Positions 29,550 to 41,721 are shown, counted from the first letter of the stretch. The stretch is 64,000 bases of DNA from Basidiobolus meristosporus CBS 931.73 (GCA_002104905.1 MCFE01000056.1:124001-188000), one strand, 5' to 3'. Program-made: numbers and translations. The notes: generated by a model from the letters alone, not told the origin.

Positions 29550-30866
29550 CTACTCCGCCGAAACAAAGGCACGGTAATAGGTGGCCGGCTCCTCATCACT
29601 GCTCAAGGTGACCTCGATGTCGGGAGAGATGAACCAAACCTGGCCTTGCTTCAACGGGATCGTCTCCCCGGAATGAGCCACGCTCCCGCTCCCCTTGGTC
29701 ACGATCAGAATACTGGGTCCATGGATGCCGGGCACTTTCTCCTTGCAGTTCGCCGGGAGCTCTGTACGGATGACCGAGAACTCCTCGATGGGTGGGTCGT
29801 AGAGGAGCGAGTGGGTCAGCTGATGGAACTTTTCCCCGTGCATGATCTTCGACTGGATGTCGTAGGATTCGTACGTCAGCATCTTCACCAGCACCTGGAC
29901 GTCCTTAAATTTCGGGGTCAGCCCGGAGCGCACCACGTTGTCGCTGGTGGCCATGCACTCGATGCAATCCCCGGAGAGGTACGCGTGGGGCTCATTCGCC
30001 TGAAGGAATATCGCCTCCCCAGGTTGCAAGACGGTGTAGTTCAGGAACAGCACCGCGAAACACCCGATGTCCCCAGGGTATTGGGAGTTCAGTCGCACCA
30101 GGAGTTCGGTGATCTCCGGGTGCTTTGACTCCTTGGTGACTCTGGCCAGTAGCGCGGTCAACTCCCGCTCGACGACCTGGCTCTCTTGGGTCATCACCGC
30201 TTGGAAGAGGGCCTTCAAGGCGTTCTTCTTCTCGAGGGAGCCCACCTCACCCTCGGCATCGGGGAATCTCTCGAGAGTGGAGTTGAAGTGTTGCACCAAG
30301 TCGGCCCCCACCAACCTGGCAAACTCCGGGTATTCTTGGAGATGTTGTCGGATCACCTCCAGCGGTCTGAACCCGCATAACGCCTCGAACGGGGTCAGGG
30401 CGACCGCCATCTCCGGCTTGTGGTTGGGGTCTTTGTACAGGTCGGGACGTTCGCTGAACAGCTGCTGGGCCAATTTCTTGTCCGGATGCGCTTGGATGGA
30501 GAGGGCCTTGTTGATGGAGAGCACCTTGAATAGAAAGGGGAACTCTCCTTCGTATTTCCGGTAGATCTCCTCCGTCGACAGCTCCACCTTCTCCGATATA
30601 AGGCTTTTCAGGGATACCGGCTCCTGGCCTGGAAGGAGGGCGACCGAGGGGGCGTTCGGATGCGTACCCATCCATAGCTATGTAGAGGTTAGTTTAGTAA
30701 AGGACCAGGACTTGGGAGGGAGCTCGGCATACCTCAGCGTAGGGCTTCTTGGGCTCCACAACGAAGTCGGGACTAGCCTGAGCGTATTGTGCGACCTTAC
30801 TCTCACCACCCAGCTTCCCCCACTCGTAACTTTGAGTCTGGCACTGTAACTGGAAGATAGGGTTCA
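29550..30866 (-). CDS. PMI40: mannose-6-phosphate isomerase class I (2 exons)
   Basis: Motifs QSYEWGK, PYAELWMGTHP, FLFKVLSINKALSIQAHPDK, YKDPNHKPEM and EPHAYLSGDCIECMATSDNVVR. Confidence 0.96.
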
Positions 30867-31254
30867 TGGGCTGAGGGGATATCTTGGGAAAGGGTTCTAG
30901 TGAAACGTGCAAATGTCACCACCATATCTTTTATACATCCCGCCTTGATTCCTGCGTGTGGATCTGGGTAATTGGGATAAGTCTACATGTCAACATCCCA
31001 CCCAATACGTACTGATTGACTGATTGGGTACTGTGAAACGTGGACGAGGGTTCGGTTCTGGTGACCCGACACCACACCGATACCAGTAGTGTCGACCATT
31101 TCGGAAGGTGGTTTCAATTGATCATTTACCTGGACATTCGACCACCAAGATATGGCGTTGAATCATCCTAAACCATGCGAAATGAGGCCAAATTTATCGA
31201 CAAAATTATCAGGATTTATTAACTTTAATACAAATGGGAACGTAGGGGATGCAT

Positions 31255-31882
31255 TTATTTGGTCATCTAGATGGTAAAGGTCAGAGTTAGCGTGGGTGCG
31301 GGTGCGGGTGCGGTGCGGGTGCGGGTGTTGGCACTCGAGATACCAAAGCGAAAATTGGTGGGTGAGAAAGGCTTACCATCATCTTGACGAATTCCTCGTA
31401 GTTAATCTGACCGTCACCGTCGACGTCGGCCTCGCGGATCATCTCGGTGATCTCCTGCTCGGAGAGCTTCTCGCCAAGGTTGTTCATGACGTGGTGGAGC
31501 TCGGAGGCGGAGATGAAACCGTTGCCGTCCTTGTCGAAGACCTTGAAGGCCTCCTTGATCTCGGCCTCGGAGTCGGTCTCCTTGAGCTTGCGGGACATCA
31601 AGTTCAAGAACTCGTTGAAGTCGATCTGACCGTTGCCGTCGGCGTCGATCTCGCTCACCATATCTTGCAACTCCACCTCGGTGGGGTTTTGTCCGAGGGA
31701 ACGCATCACGGTGCCCAACTCCTTGGTGGTGATGCTACCATCACCATCCTTGTCGAAGAGGGAGAAGGCTTCCTTGAACTCGGCGATTTGTTCTTCGTTG
31801 AATTGACTAGCCTAGATAGGTGGGATCGGTCAGTGGATATGCATGGGGATTCGGAGGATCGGAGAATTCGATCACTTACCAT
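31255..31882 (-). CDS. CMD1: calmodulin (3 exons; ATG alone as exon 1)
   Basis: [26 protein letters not shown]... with four EF hands. Exons 31880-31882, 31377-31811 and 31255-31266 (MTK*). Confidence 0.93.
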
Positions 31883-32254
31883 GGTGATAAGAGTGGAATC
31901 CAGTACCATCCAATCCCCCTACCTTTATAAACTCCCATTGACAGGGCCACTACACACTCATTCCCGCATTGTCACTATCCCCGGGGCCTTACAGTTCCCT
32001 CTCGTAACATCAGCCGTAGCGTTCACTGGCTATTTAGGTTCATTTAAAGATGTGCTACAGGTTTATTTCCAATCTTCACCTTATCTTGTTCTACATGGCA
32101 CGAAGCGCATGATTGGTTTACCTAAATTGTGAAATCAGGTGATCATGGGAATGGCTGAAGACACGTTTATTTGGGCTGAGGATTGATTGACGAGAAGCAG
32201 AAGGCGAGGGTGAGGATGAGGATGAGGGTGAGGGAGGGGGGAGTGGCCATGGAT

Positions 32255-33497
32255 TTAACTGGCTTCAGTGACAGCCTCGGGGGATGCATTTTCGGTGACT
32301 GCTGGATCGACAGCAGTTGGCTTCTTGTTGTGCTTCTTCTTCTCCTTCTTCACCTTGACGGGTGCGACGGGGGCAGGATAGGCGAGGTCAGCCAACTTGC
32401 GGAGCTCGGGATCCTCAAAGACCTTACGGATGGGGTCCAACATGCGGTTCAACACCTCGATCACGGACTTCTTCAAATCTCCAGGATGAATCTCCTTGTT
32501 GGCGAAATCCGCCTCCAATGCCTCGTAGTTGGTGTAGACCACGTTTCCACCGTATTTCTCCGGGCGCAGGATGGTGAAGTTGGCCTCCTTTCCGTTCAAG
32601 GAGCTGATGGGCAAGAGGACGTACTTGACGAAGCTGAGGACTCCGTTCTCGGTGACATTGCCCTCCTCGCAGAACGCCTTCTTGATCTTCTTTTCCACTG
32701 TCTTGGGCTCGTCCAAGAGGTCGAGTTTGGAGTCGACATCGGAGGCGCTCATCTTGCTGCCAGTCAATCCGGGAACCATGGGGTTCATCAAATGGGCGCG
32801 CTTCTTGTAGCCGAGGTGTGGCAGGTATTTCTCAGCGAAAGTGAAGATCTTACGTTGATCCACGCCACCGAATTGGGCATCCACTCCGAGGTATTCCTCG
32901 TCAAGTGCCTGCAGACCGGGGTAAAGAAGACCGCTGAGGAGTGCGGAGTCCACCTGCTTTACCACCTCAGCACCGGCCTTCTTGGCATCGTGCTCGGTCA
33001 CGGTGGCGCAAAGACGGTAGTTGTCCATGTTGAATTCCTTGGTCAATTGGTAGGACGAACCAACGACAAAGCGCAATTTCTCCAGAGGAACGCCCAAGGA
33101 GGTGAGCATGGCTTTGATCAAGGCCTCGTAGTATTTGGTACGGTACTCGACCAACTCCAAGGGGGCCTTCATGTTGTCCAAGAATGCGTGAATGTCGGCG
33201 AAGAGAATGGTAACCTGAGGGGAAATCAAAGAGGGTCAGGTTATTTCAACAGAACTCCCTTCCGAACAGGGCTCTACTTTTGGAAGGGAAACTCACATCA
33301 CAACCGGCGGAGAGGAAATCTGCGATCTTGGTCATAGGTACGAAATATCCGATATGGGGTTTACCGGTGGGTGCGGTACCCCAATAGAGCTTCAAATCAC
33401 GCTCGGCGAGGATCTTCTTGATCTCCTCCTCTCCGAGGACCTCCTGCAAGTTCCGTTTGATAATGGCTAATCTTTCCTCGACGGTTAAATTGGACAT
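32255..33497 (-). CDS. TYS1: cytosolic tyrosyl-tRNA synthetase (2 exons)
   Basis: Motifs [15 protein letters not shown] (HIGH), [22 protein letters not shown] and KMSAS (KMSKS). Confidence 0.97.
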
Positions 33498-33769
33498 GGT
33501 GTTGGCGTGCTTCTACGACGGTGGAAAGCAAAACCCCCTGAGCCGGAAAAACTCCATTTAACGGAGGGGACGAAAAAAAATGATAGGCTTAAACGACGAT
33601 TGATTGATTGGTTTTGATCAGATAAGGTGCGGTTGCGAATCACTTAACAAATATGCAACCACGGTGCCCGTTGTAGTCATGCTGAATACTATAAACCCAG
33701 CGCTCGGCACTCGAGTTGGTTGGCTTGGCCTCAACCACACCTGGTTTCTTGATTGTGCCCATTTTTACC

Positions 33770-34694
33770 ATGTCCTACCACGAGTTACTGCTTCCCAAAC
33801 TAGAAGAATTCGTCAAATGCTACATGAGCAGATACGACCCATCTCACGACTGGGAACATGTCCATAGAGTTCGAAATTTAGGTTGGTTCTCCCACGTAGC
33901 TTGAACCACCCTTCCAAGTTCTTAGCTTCCTTTCCCAAGCGTTAAAGCTGGCCCACTCGGTGGAGGGGAAGCCAGACTTCGAGGCAGTTGAGATCGCAGC
34001 GTTGCTACATGACTTCAATGACAAGAAGTACCAAGAATCCTCGGAAGCCTTTGACGTTTCCGGGTACCTGAAGTCGCTTGGCTACCCGGCGGAATTAAGT
34101 TCCTTGGTTGACAGAATAGTGGACAACGTGTCATATCGAAAGGAACTGCAGTATAAGGCACTTGGGGAGATAGACACTTGGAGGGAAGGCTGCATAGAAT
34201 TACACATGTACCCTGCTCAGTTCTACCTCAAATTAGATAATTTCTTAATGATATCCTCGACTTTTTAGTGTCCAAGATGCTGACAAACTTGATGCCATGG
34301 GCGCTTTTGGTAGACTCAGACTGCATCCATGCACCTTTACAAGGGGATGTTAACCTCGTATCACCCTTAGGGATTATGAGATGTGCCGCTTTTAGTGGGT
34401 CAAGAAATATCTTGTTGTACAGTTCTCAACTGGACTACATGCCCGACCCCAAACCCACTAAGGACGTGGTAACACCCAGAGAAGACAGCTGCGTGTATCA
34501 TTTCCATGGTAAATCCTCCTCTACTTCTCCTCATACCCTGCCTGAACTTACCCCCCCCCGGTTGAACAGAGAAATTGCTGGACCTTAAGGACTCCATGAA
34601 AACGAAAGAAGGTATTCGGTTAGCGAAAAGCAGACACGAGTTCATGTTGCAATTCCTTGAACAGGTCGACATGGAGTTCAGCTTGAGGAGTTGA
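33770..34694 (+). CDS. HD-domain metal-dependent phosphohydrolase, multi-exon
   Basis: Motifs SHDWEHVHRV, AALLHDFND, VQDADKLDAMGAFG, HFHEKLL.LKD.MKT and RHEFM..FL. Confidence 0.88.
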
Positions 34695-35143
34695 TATGTC
34701 CGTAATAAAGCAATTGATGGCCAATGTTGACAACGGATATGGGCCTCAACACTTTGATAAATGATATTGTAGCTACTAAACTTGATTTGATATCCACGCT
34801 CAACACCACCTATAATTCGATGGAGTAAAAAAGCATCGAATGCGGTGCTTGATCATAGGAGCTGTTTCTCTGTATGCTCAATAGCCAACCCCACCCACAG
34901 CAAAATGGTTTTTTCTCCTAACTAATGTACCAGTGCTTTTGCAAACCAAGCAAAAACACTCGTCGACCTTAGGTTCGGTAACAAGTCCAACTCAAGGATG
35001 CACCATAAGAGGAGTTTACAACAGCTCAGCAGTATCCATAGATCGTATCATTTGTTGCGCTGTTGAGCCAACACTTACATATCTTTTCAATACTCATCCC
35101 CGCTGGGTAAACAATCCACTTCCTCGCCCGGTAAAACCTGGCG

Positions 35144-35303
35144 AAAAAGCCGGACCAAGACAGCCAGCAAATACAATCTCAGGTTTGCTCGGTCTCCTCA
35201 AGAAGGAACAGTTAGGCTCCAGTTTCGGATTTGGCTAGACGTCATCAGCGTATACTAGATACATCAGACTAGGCTTCATTTGCATGGCTGTCTTGGTCCA
35301 AGC
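35144..35303 (-). ncRNA. putative about 160 nt structured ncRNA, family unknown
   Basis: 21-bp terminal stem with one bulge (35152-35172 pairs with 35278-35299). It begins about 30 nt downstream of TATAAAA and is followed by a T5 run. Confidence 0.5.
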
Positions 35304-35324
35304 TTCGCCGAGAGCCCCTCGCTC

Positions 35325-35353
35325 TTTTATAGCTCATGATTGGGTCACGTGAC
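35325..35353 (-). promoter_or_regulatory. TATAAAA, CCAAT and GTCACGTGAC (E-box) promoter cluster
   Basis: On the minus strand: GTCACGTGAC 35344-35353, CCAAT 35339-35343 and TATAAAA 35325-35331. They point away from the eL8 3' end into the stem-loop. Confidence 0.55.
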
Positions 35354-35511
35354 ATAACCCCATGTATATGACACCCAGCCTTGATTACACTGCAAAACCG
35401 TAAACCGCAAATTGACGGTTATCTTTGAGGAAAAACAAAAAGGATTCTTCAAAATGTGCAATAGTAGCATTGTTTATTGGTGTGTTTGGTGCATTCAACG
35501 AATCTCCCAAT

Positions 35512-36370
35512 TTAAGCCTTACCAGTAGCCTTGGCGAGAGCCTTTTGCTTCTTAAGAGTAGCGGCTTGGGACTTGGCGCCCATGATACCACCACCCCAGT
35601 GCTTACGGACTTCCTCGTATTTTTCGTTGTAGTTGGCCTTGATGGAGTCAACCAACTTGGCGAGATCGGCCTTGTCCTCCTCACGGATGTCAGTGATGGC
35701 AAGAGCAGTGGCGGTCTTCTTGTGGACAACGGTACCGAGACGAGCCTTACCCTTGACGATGCAGTAAGGGATGCCCATCTTGCGGCAGAGAGCTGGCAAC
35801 CAGAGGACGATTTCGATGGGGTCAACATCATCAGCGATGACAACGAGTTGAGCCTTCTTGGCCTCGATGAGAGCGGTGATGTGGTTGATACCGTACTTGA
35901 CGACGACGGGCTTCTTGGACTCAACCTTACCACCCTCGGCGGTGACCTTGGCGGCCTCACCGAGACGAGTCTTCTTCTCTTGCTTGGTCTCGGGACGGTA
36001 CTTGTTCAAGACCTTGAAGAGCTCGGTGGCGGTGTTGCGGTCCAAAACCTTGGTGAATTGGTTGATGGAGGGGGGGACCTTAAGACGGAGCTTGAGGACC
36101 TTTCTTTGACGTTGGAGGCGGACATACTCGGGCCACTTGACGAAACGAGACAAGTCGCGCTTGGGTTGGATATCAGCACCAATGGCGAAGTTCTTGGGGG
36201 TCTTCTCGAACAAGGGGTTCTTGACGACCTTGCTGGATTGCTTACCCTTCAAAGGATAGGGAGCGGGGGCGACTTTCTTGGTGGACTTTCCCTTAGGCTA
36301 GAGATGGATGGACTTGGTAAGTATTTGGATTAATCGGGAAGCAGCGTGAACTCATAATGATTCGTACCAT
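35512..36370 (-). CDS. RPL8: 60S ribosomal protein eL8 (L7a/L8), intron after ATG
   Basis: [48 protein letters not shown] and IADDVDPIE. Exons 36368-36370 and 35512-36297. Confidence 0.97.
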
Positions 36371-36628
36371 GATTAAAGCTAACTATTTGCACCTTTGGAC
36401 CAAGTCAAAGATTAAGCAGAAAAGGAGGATTCGGCTGGACATCATCATTTACTATTTATTCTCCTCCCATGACCACCTATCCAATCTGACCATCCGCGTC
36501 GATCCCGAATTGCATGATCTTTTTTTCCTGAAAATTCCTCGGCCCAAACCCTACCCTGACCCTAACCCTAATCCTAATCCAGATGTCTGGCATGTGGTGT
36601 CAACTGATTTAATGGTTCAGAGAAAAGT

Positions 36629-37588
36629 CTACATTTCATGTGAGGTTGAATAGAAGATATGCAAAGTTGGAGTGGATGGGAGGGGGGGGGCAGTTAATTC
36701 TTGTTCTTCTTCTTGTAAGGTAAGGGGGATTTCGCCTTCAACCATATCCTTGGTGAGTCCCAATTGCTTCAGACAAACATAGTAGCGTTCGAGAGATTGG
36801 CCCTTGAGGTAGCGTAGCATCTTGGCACGCTTGTGGAGCAGATGGACCAAGGAGCGTCTGTTGTGAACATCCTTGTGGTGATCCACCATGTGGCGCTCCA
36901 AGTTACGAATACGGACCGTCCAGATGGCAGCTGTGATGGCGATCATTTAGTATGCTGTTCGCAATTCGGCGGGTCCAGCGCTTACCTTGAACCTCCGGAC
37001 TTCCAGTATCCCCCTCGCATCTACCAAACGTCTCCATCGCCTTACGGATATTGTACAACATAATCCCCTTTTGGTTCGAGTTCTCGAGACTAACTAAGCG
37101 ACGAAGCATCTCGGCCTGTTCCTTGATTTTTTCCGCGTCGGTTTGGAAACTATTCGAGGAGGTTGCCGTGACAGCCTCGGTAGTTGTTTCAAAGAGGAAC
37201 TTTGCCTCATCGTTCGAAAGGAAATGCTGGTATTGGGTGTCGGTGGGGGCCTTCCACAAGGCGTCTTTTTTGGGAATTAGGTTGGGCGAGCTCAGCAATT
37301 GCTGCAAAAATTCGCTGTTCTGCTCGGCCTTTTGCTTGGCTCCCTGGAACTCCGCTTCTTGACGCTCGGCCTCTCTTTCGGCCAAAAGTTTGGCTTTCTT
37401 ACTCTTCTTGGAGAAGACCGAGGAGGTGCAGTGAATGCTGCGAGCGCCTGGAGTTACTGTCGTCAGGACATTATGCCCGGAATGGAGCGAGCTCATGTAT
37501 GAACCTACCTTGAATGCTAGTCACGCGAACGGCAGCTTGGATTCCGCGGGTGGTGACAATGCGACTTGGTTGGAACATTGTCTAACTG
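36629..37588 (-). CDS. mitochondrial ribosomal protein uS15m, multi-exon
   Basis: FGRCEGDTGSPEVQ, WTVRIRNLERHM..HHKDVHNRRSLVHLLHKRAKMLRYLK, and an Arg-rich presequence-like N-terminus. The exact C-terminus is uncertain. Confidence 0.9.
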
Positions 37589-38074
37589 TGGGTTTCGCAG
37601 GATAGAATGGAAAGGAATCTCGGGTTAATTTTCGTCTCGCACAATGTTAGAAACGTAACTAGGAACGCCTACGAACCGAAGTAGAATATCTTCAAAGACA
37701 AACGAATAGACCACACGTGTGTAAAGATATCGACCGAACGAACAATTTTTTCCATTACTGCAATGGGGTGGGTCATTGCGATCGGCCGGAAAAGTAATCA
37801 TGCGCAAATAATTAATATCCCATTATTTACGGAGCGAAATAAATGCCCCTCGAATTGCTCGTTGCATCTTCAGCATCGTTTCCTCGATTATTACTTGAGA
37901 GTACCGTCATCCAACGGTTTCAAGACTGTCGTCGAGGATTAGATTGAATGTGGGACAAGTTGGGGATTCTTTCCGAGCCAGCGATGGTTATATTGAAGAT
38001 TCCCTTACAGTCTACACGACAATTCCCTTTTATATCTTGAAAAGTAAAGTTGTTGGTTGTTTATTAGGATTGCA

Positions 38075-39310
38075 TTAGATAGATTTGATCGCTCTTCTGT
38101 TGTGACGTTTTCTGTAATGGGGTTTACCGGCGTGTTTACATTCATGTTTACCGCCACCGTTGGATCCGTGACCTCCTGAGCCGGTACCTTTATCTGCGCC
38201 ATAGCTAGAATCATGCGTCCCAGATTCATAATCCTTGCTACCACTACCACCTCCATGTTCACCTGTATCATAGCTTCCAGCTACCTTTCCAGAACCTCCA
38301 CTGCCACCACCATTCTCATAATTGTCGCCATTCGCTCCATGCTCTCCAGAGTCGTAATCCTGTTTACCACCTCCACCGCCACTTCCATTGTGTTCACCAG
38401 ACCCATAGCTTTCAGGCACTTTACTACCGTTTCCGCCGTTTCCGCCACTTTCATAGTCATCCTCTTCTGCTGTATGCTTTCCAGAGTCGTAGTCATGTCC
38501 CTTGCCACCCCCATTTCCTCCGTGTTCACCTGATTCATAGCTGCCGGAACCTCCGCCACCATTACCACCACTTCCATATCCTTTGTCTTGGACGCCACTA
38601 CCAGAGCCATGGTTATCACCACCACCACCACCATTGCCTTCATAATCATCCCCCTCGGAGTAATCGCCAGCTCCATGGCTGTTGCCGCCATTACCACCAC
38701 TACTTTCATAATTCTTCTCCTTGGAATGATCACCGGAGCCAGAACCAGTGCCATAGCTATCACTACCGCTACCTCCGATGTCACCACCTTCATAATCCTT
38801 GTCTTTTGAATGGCCGCCAGAGTCATAACTATCACCGCCGCTACCACCAGTACCTCCGTTGCCATCGCCTTCATAATCATTGTCCTTTGAGTGGTCACCT
38901 GAGCCATAGCTATCATCACCGCTACCACCGCTGCCACCACTGCCTTCATAATCCTTGTCATTTGAGTGGTCACCTGAGTCATAGCTATCACCACCGCTGC
39001 CACCACTGCCACCGCTGCCTTCATAATCCTTGTCTTTTGAGTGGTCACCTGAGTCATAGCTATCACCAGCACTACCTCCACCCCCATTATGATCATCGTA
39101 GTTGCCAATGTCATAGCCACCTTTACCACCACCACTGGCGCCGGTACTGGTTGACTGATAACCGGAGCCACCACCTCCTGAGATATCTGTACCCTTCCCA
39201 CCGGTGTATTTCTTCACGTCATAGCCACCTCCATGTTCGTCCGTATTGTAGGTAGGGAGAGCAGTTACAGTTGCGATGTACAATAAAGAAGCGAACAAAG
39301 AAGTCTTCAT
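38075..39310 (-). CDS. secreted Gly/Ser/Asp/Tyr-rich repeat protein
   Basis: Signal peptide MKTSLFASLLYIATVTA, repeats of DSYDSGDHSKDKDYEGSGG, and a basic His/Arg tail. Intronless. Confidence 0.8.
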   Translation of the reverse strand: MKTSLFASLLYIATVTALPTYNTDEHGGGYDVKKYTGGKGTDISGGGGSGYQSTSTGASGGGKGGYDIGNYDDHNGGGGSAGDSYDSGDHSKDKDYEGSGGSGGSGGDSYDSGDHSNDKDYEGSGGSGGSGDDSYGSGDHSKDNDYEGDGNGGTGGSGGDSYDSGGHSKDKDYEGGDIGGSGSDSYGTGSGSGDHSKEKNYESSGGNGGNSHGAGDYSEGDDYEGNGGGGGDNHGSGSGVQDKGYGSGGNGGGGSGSYESGEHGGNGGGKGHDYDSGKHTAEEDDYESGGNGGNGSKVPESYGSGEHNGSGGGGGKQDYDSGEHGANGDNYENGGGSGGSGKVAGSYDTGEHGGGSGSKDYESGTHDSSYGADKGTGSGGHGSNGGGKHECKHAGKPHYRKRHNRRAIKSI

Positions 39311-39719
39311 ATTTCAAATCTAGTAGGAACGTAACAAGTGAATGTGAGTAGAAGTTGACAGCAAGCCTCTCTTTTATAGATGTTCATCCGGAATCTCGCT
39401 GCGTTGTGAGGCATGCTAATGCTAGCTATTTTAGTGATGTGGAGAGTTCATTAGGGGGCGCATAAAGTGCATCTGATTGCCTCTTACCCTTCTGCCTGAA
39501 TTCCCAAATATGGGCATGGTTCCCTCATGGCGTATTCCCTTATGTCGGATTTTCACATTACCTTTGGCTTGCCTTTGTATTTGCCTAACTAGAGACTGAT
39601 GAGTGATTCAAGTTGGAAAGGTCCGAACAATTATTCTTAAAACGTCAATAATTTATTAAATTAAATCGGGGCATGAATACATCTCTCAGTAACTTTAAAT
39701 TGGTGCGTGAATACATCTC

Positions 39720-40316
39720 TCAGTAACTTCCATGTTCATCATCATACTCCCCCTCTCCACTGCCACCACCATCACCGCCTGCGCTGTAGTCTCCAGAACC
39801 GTGATCCTCATCCTCATGATAATCATCATCACCACCTCCGCTTCCGCCGCCACTTTCATGGCCACTAGACCCATAGCTTTCACTGGCTTCACCGCCATTA
39901 TCATAATCTTCGTCATCTTCGTAGTGTCCCTCGCCTCCTCCATGGCCACCGGATTTGTAACCTCCATCGCCCTTTCCACCACCTTCACTTACTTCACCTC
40001 CTCCATGGCCACCTGCCTCATAGTCTTCACCACTACCTCCGCCATGACCACCTGACCCGTAGTCCTCCTCATCACCACCACCACCACCGCCAGAATGATG
40101 GTCATCGTCTCCATGATAGTCGTCGTGACCGCTTCCATTATCATCGTAGTCACCAGAATCATGATGAGTGGTGTCACCAGCGCCAGAGTGACCGCCACCG
40201 TGACTGTCATCGTAAACCTGAACCTCATGGCCGCCTCCAGCACCGCCGGTACTATATGTGGGCAGGGCGGTTACCATGGCCAGATAGATCAAAGAAAGGA
40301 AAAGTGAGGCTCTCAT
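39720..40316 (-). CDS. secreted Gly/Asp/His/Tyr-rich protein, paralog of 38075-39310
   Basis: Its N-terminus MRASLFLSLIYLAMVTALPTY matches MKTSLFASLLYIATVTALPTY. Confidence 0.8.
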   Translation of the reverse strand: MRASLFLSLIYLAMVTALPTYSTGGAGGGHEVQVYDDSHGGGHSGAGDTTHHDSGDYDDNGSGHDDYHGDDDHHSGGGGGGDEEDYGSGGHGGGSGEDYEAGGHGGGEVSEGGGKGDGGYKSGGHGGGEGHYEDDEDYDNGGEASESYGSSGHESGGGSGGGDDDYHEDEDHGSGDYSAGGDGGGSGEGEYDDEHGSY

Positions 40317-40785
40317 GATTGGTGAAGAAAAAAAACTGATGGGTTGAAGGGTCGAAATCTCGCAACACTTTATACCTGTCTTCGCTAAGTCCACTCAAGC
40401 AACAATCCCTGATCTCCTGCGTAACTTTAAGCACGTTGATGCCAGACTTCCAATTACCCCAGGCCGCTGCTTACATTGATCCAAAACGGTCGTTGCCTTT
40501 TTTGGGAAGCCCTGATGATTGGGTCAAAATTACGATGTAATTTACCTTTCTTCCAACGTGGAAGGTGGAGTTGATCCGGGACCGAATCGGAGAGAACCTA
40601 ACCACGCGGCCTGGGGACCTTTACCAGACTGTCGACTTCGGCATTGGATGGAATGAAATTGACAACACCGTAAATTTTACAGATTGGTCGAGCGGTGGGA
40701 ATGTTCGGTGCTCTGGACCTAATGTTCGATACCGTCCGTGGCTTATATAAACCGGAGGGATGCCCATTTCTCTAACCACACAATC

Positions 40786-41265
40786 ATGAAGTTCTCCGCT
40801 TTTCAAATCCTCCTGCCCTTGACCGTTGTCGCCCAGCTGGCCTTGGCTTTCGATGCAAACACCCTCCTAGGAATGGTCAATCAAGAACGACAGAAGGTTG
40901 GCGTCCCTGTTCTATCGCTAGATGCTAGACTCATGGTGGCCGCTCAGAGACACAATGCCTACCAAGTCAGCATCCAAACCATGACCCATGACGAGCCCAA
41001 TAGATCTCTGGGAGATAGAGTAAGCGAGACTGGATACCAATGGAGTAATGTTGGGGAAAACGTGGCCGCCGGCTTTCCCGATGAAGCGTCCGTAATGAAT
41101 GCTTGGATGAACTCCCCAGAGCACCGTAGCAATATCCTGAGTCCCGCATTTACTCAAATCGGAGTCGCCTACAATCCCCAAGGCAGCTATTGGACTCAGG
41201 AATTCGCGAGACCAATGATCATGAGAAAGAGATCTCCAAAATTTGTTGGCAGAAACAATCACTAA
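40786..41265 (+). CDS. secreted CAP/SCP protein, bacterial-type subfamily
   Basis: Signal peptide, then LLGMVNQERQKVGV..L, AAQRH, GENVAAG, WMNSPEHRSNIL and IGVA..YWTQEF. Intronless. Confidence 0.9.
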   Translation: MKFSAFQILLPLTVVAQLALAFDANTLLGMVNQERQKVGVPVLSLDARLMVAAQRHNAYQVSIQTMTHDEPNRSLGDRVSETGYQWSNVGENVAAGFPDEASVMNAWMNSPEHRSNILSPAFTQIGVAYNPQGSYWTQEFARPMIMRKRSPKFVGRNNH

Positions 41266-41721
41266 TCCGCACGTTACCCAGACCGCAATACCATACCCTA
41301 CCCTACCCATACCATTCCTGTTACCCAGGTCGAAATCCTAGATACCAATAGAAAACGAGGCTTTCCCTCCGGAAGGGGAATAATATATCTGTTACCTAGA
41401 TCAGTTCAATAAATTCTAATGGCTGTCCGTCGATGGGCGCTAACTTACTATTTCCGCTTTGTGCAAATCTAATCAACTTGCTTTAAATTGCTGCGTCTAT
41501 ACCTCTACCTAACCCATCCAATCCCAGCGAATCCTTTGCAATTCTAGTGAAAATACACAACCATCGAGCCTCTCATCGCATGAAACATTGGGCCCGGTCC
41601 ATTGGTTTGTAAAAGGTTTCGGGAAATTTCCAAAATTTTCCATTCGAGATCTTGGTAGTTATACTACCATACGATAGCATAACATTTGTGTGGTTTATTA
41701 TGTACTTGGTATCAAAACTCT

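Noticed and set aside
34850-34880. AUACAGAGAA (U6-like) and AAACCAU (snR30 m2-like) words on the minus strand
   Set aside because: Flanking U6 catalytic sequence and the snR30 m1/ACA elements are absent.
35220-35250. Hammerhead-like CUGAUGA...GAAAC in the ncRNA candidate
   Set aside because: Stem II lacks the required G-C closing pair and stem I cannot form.
29646-36333. Long antisense ORFs over PMI, calmodulin, TyrRS and eL8
   Set aside because: Typical antisense shadows of highly codon-biased genes, with no recognisable motifs.
36629-36730. Odd uS15m C-terminal tail (LTAPPLPSTPTLH...)
   Set aside because: A one-base change in the G5 run near 36724 would give PYKKKNKN*. More likely a homopolymer error than biology.
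39660-39735. About 35-bp tandem duplication at the 3' end of the 39720-40316 gene
   Set aside because: Local slippage duplicating the stop region, with no evident function.
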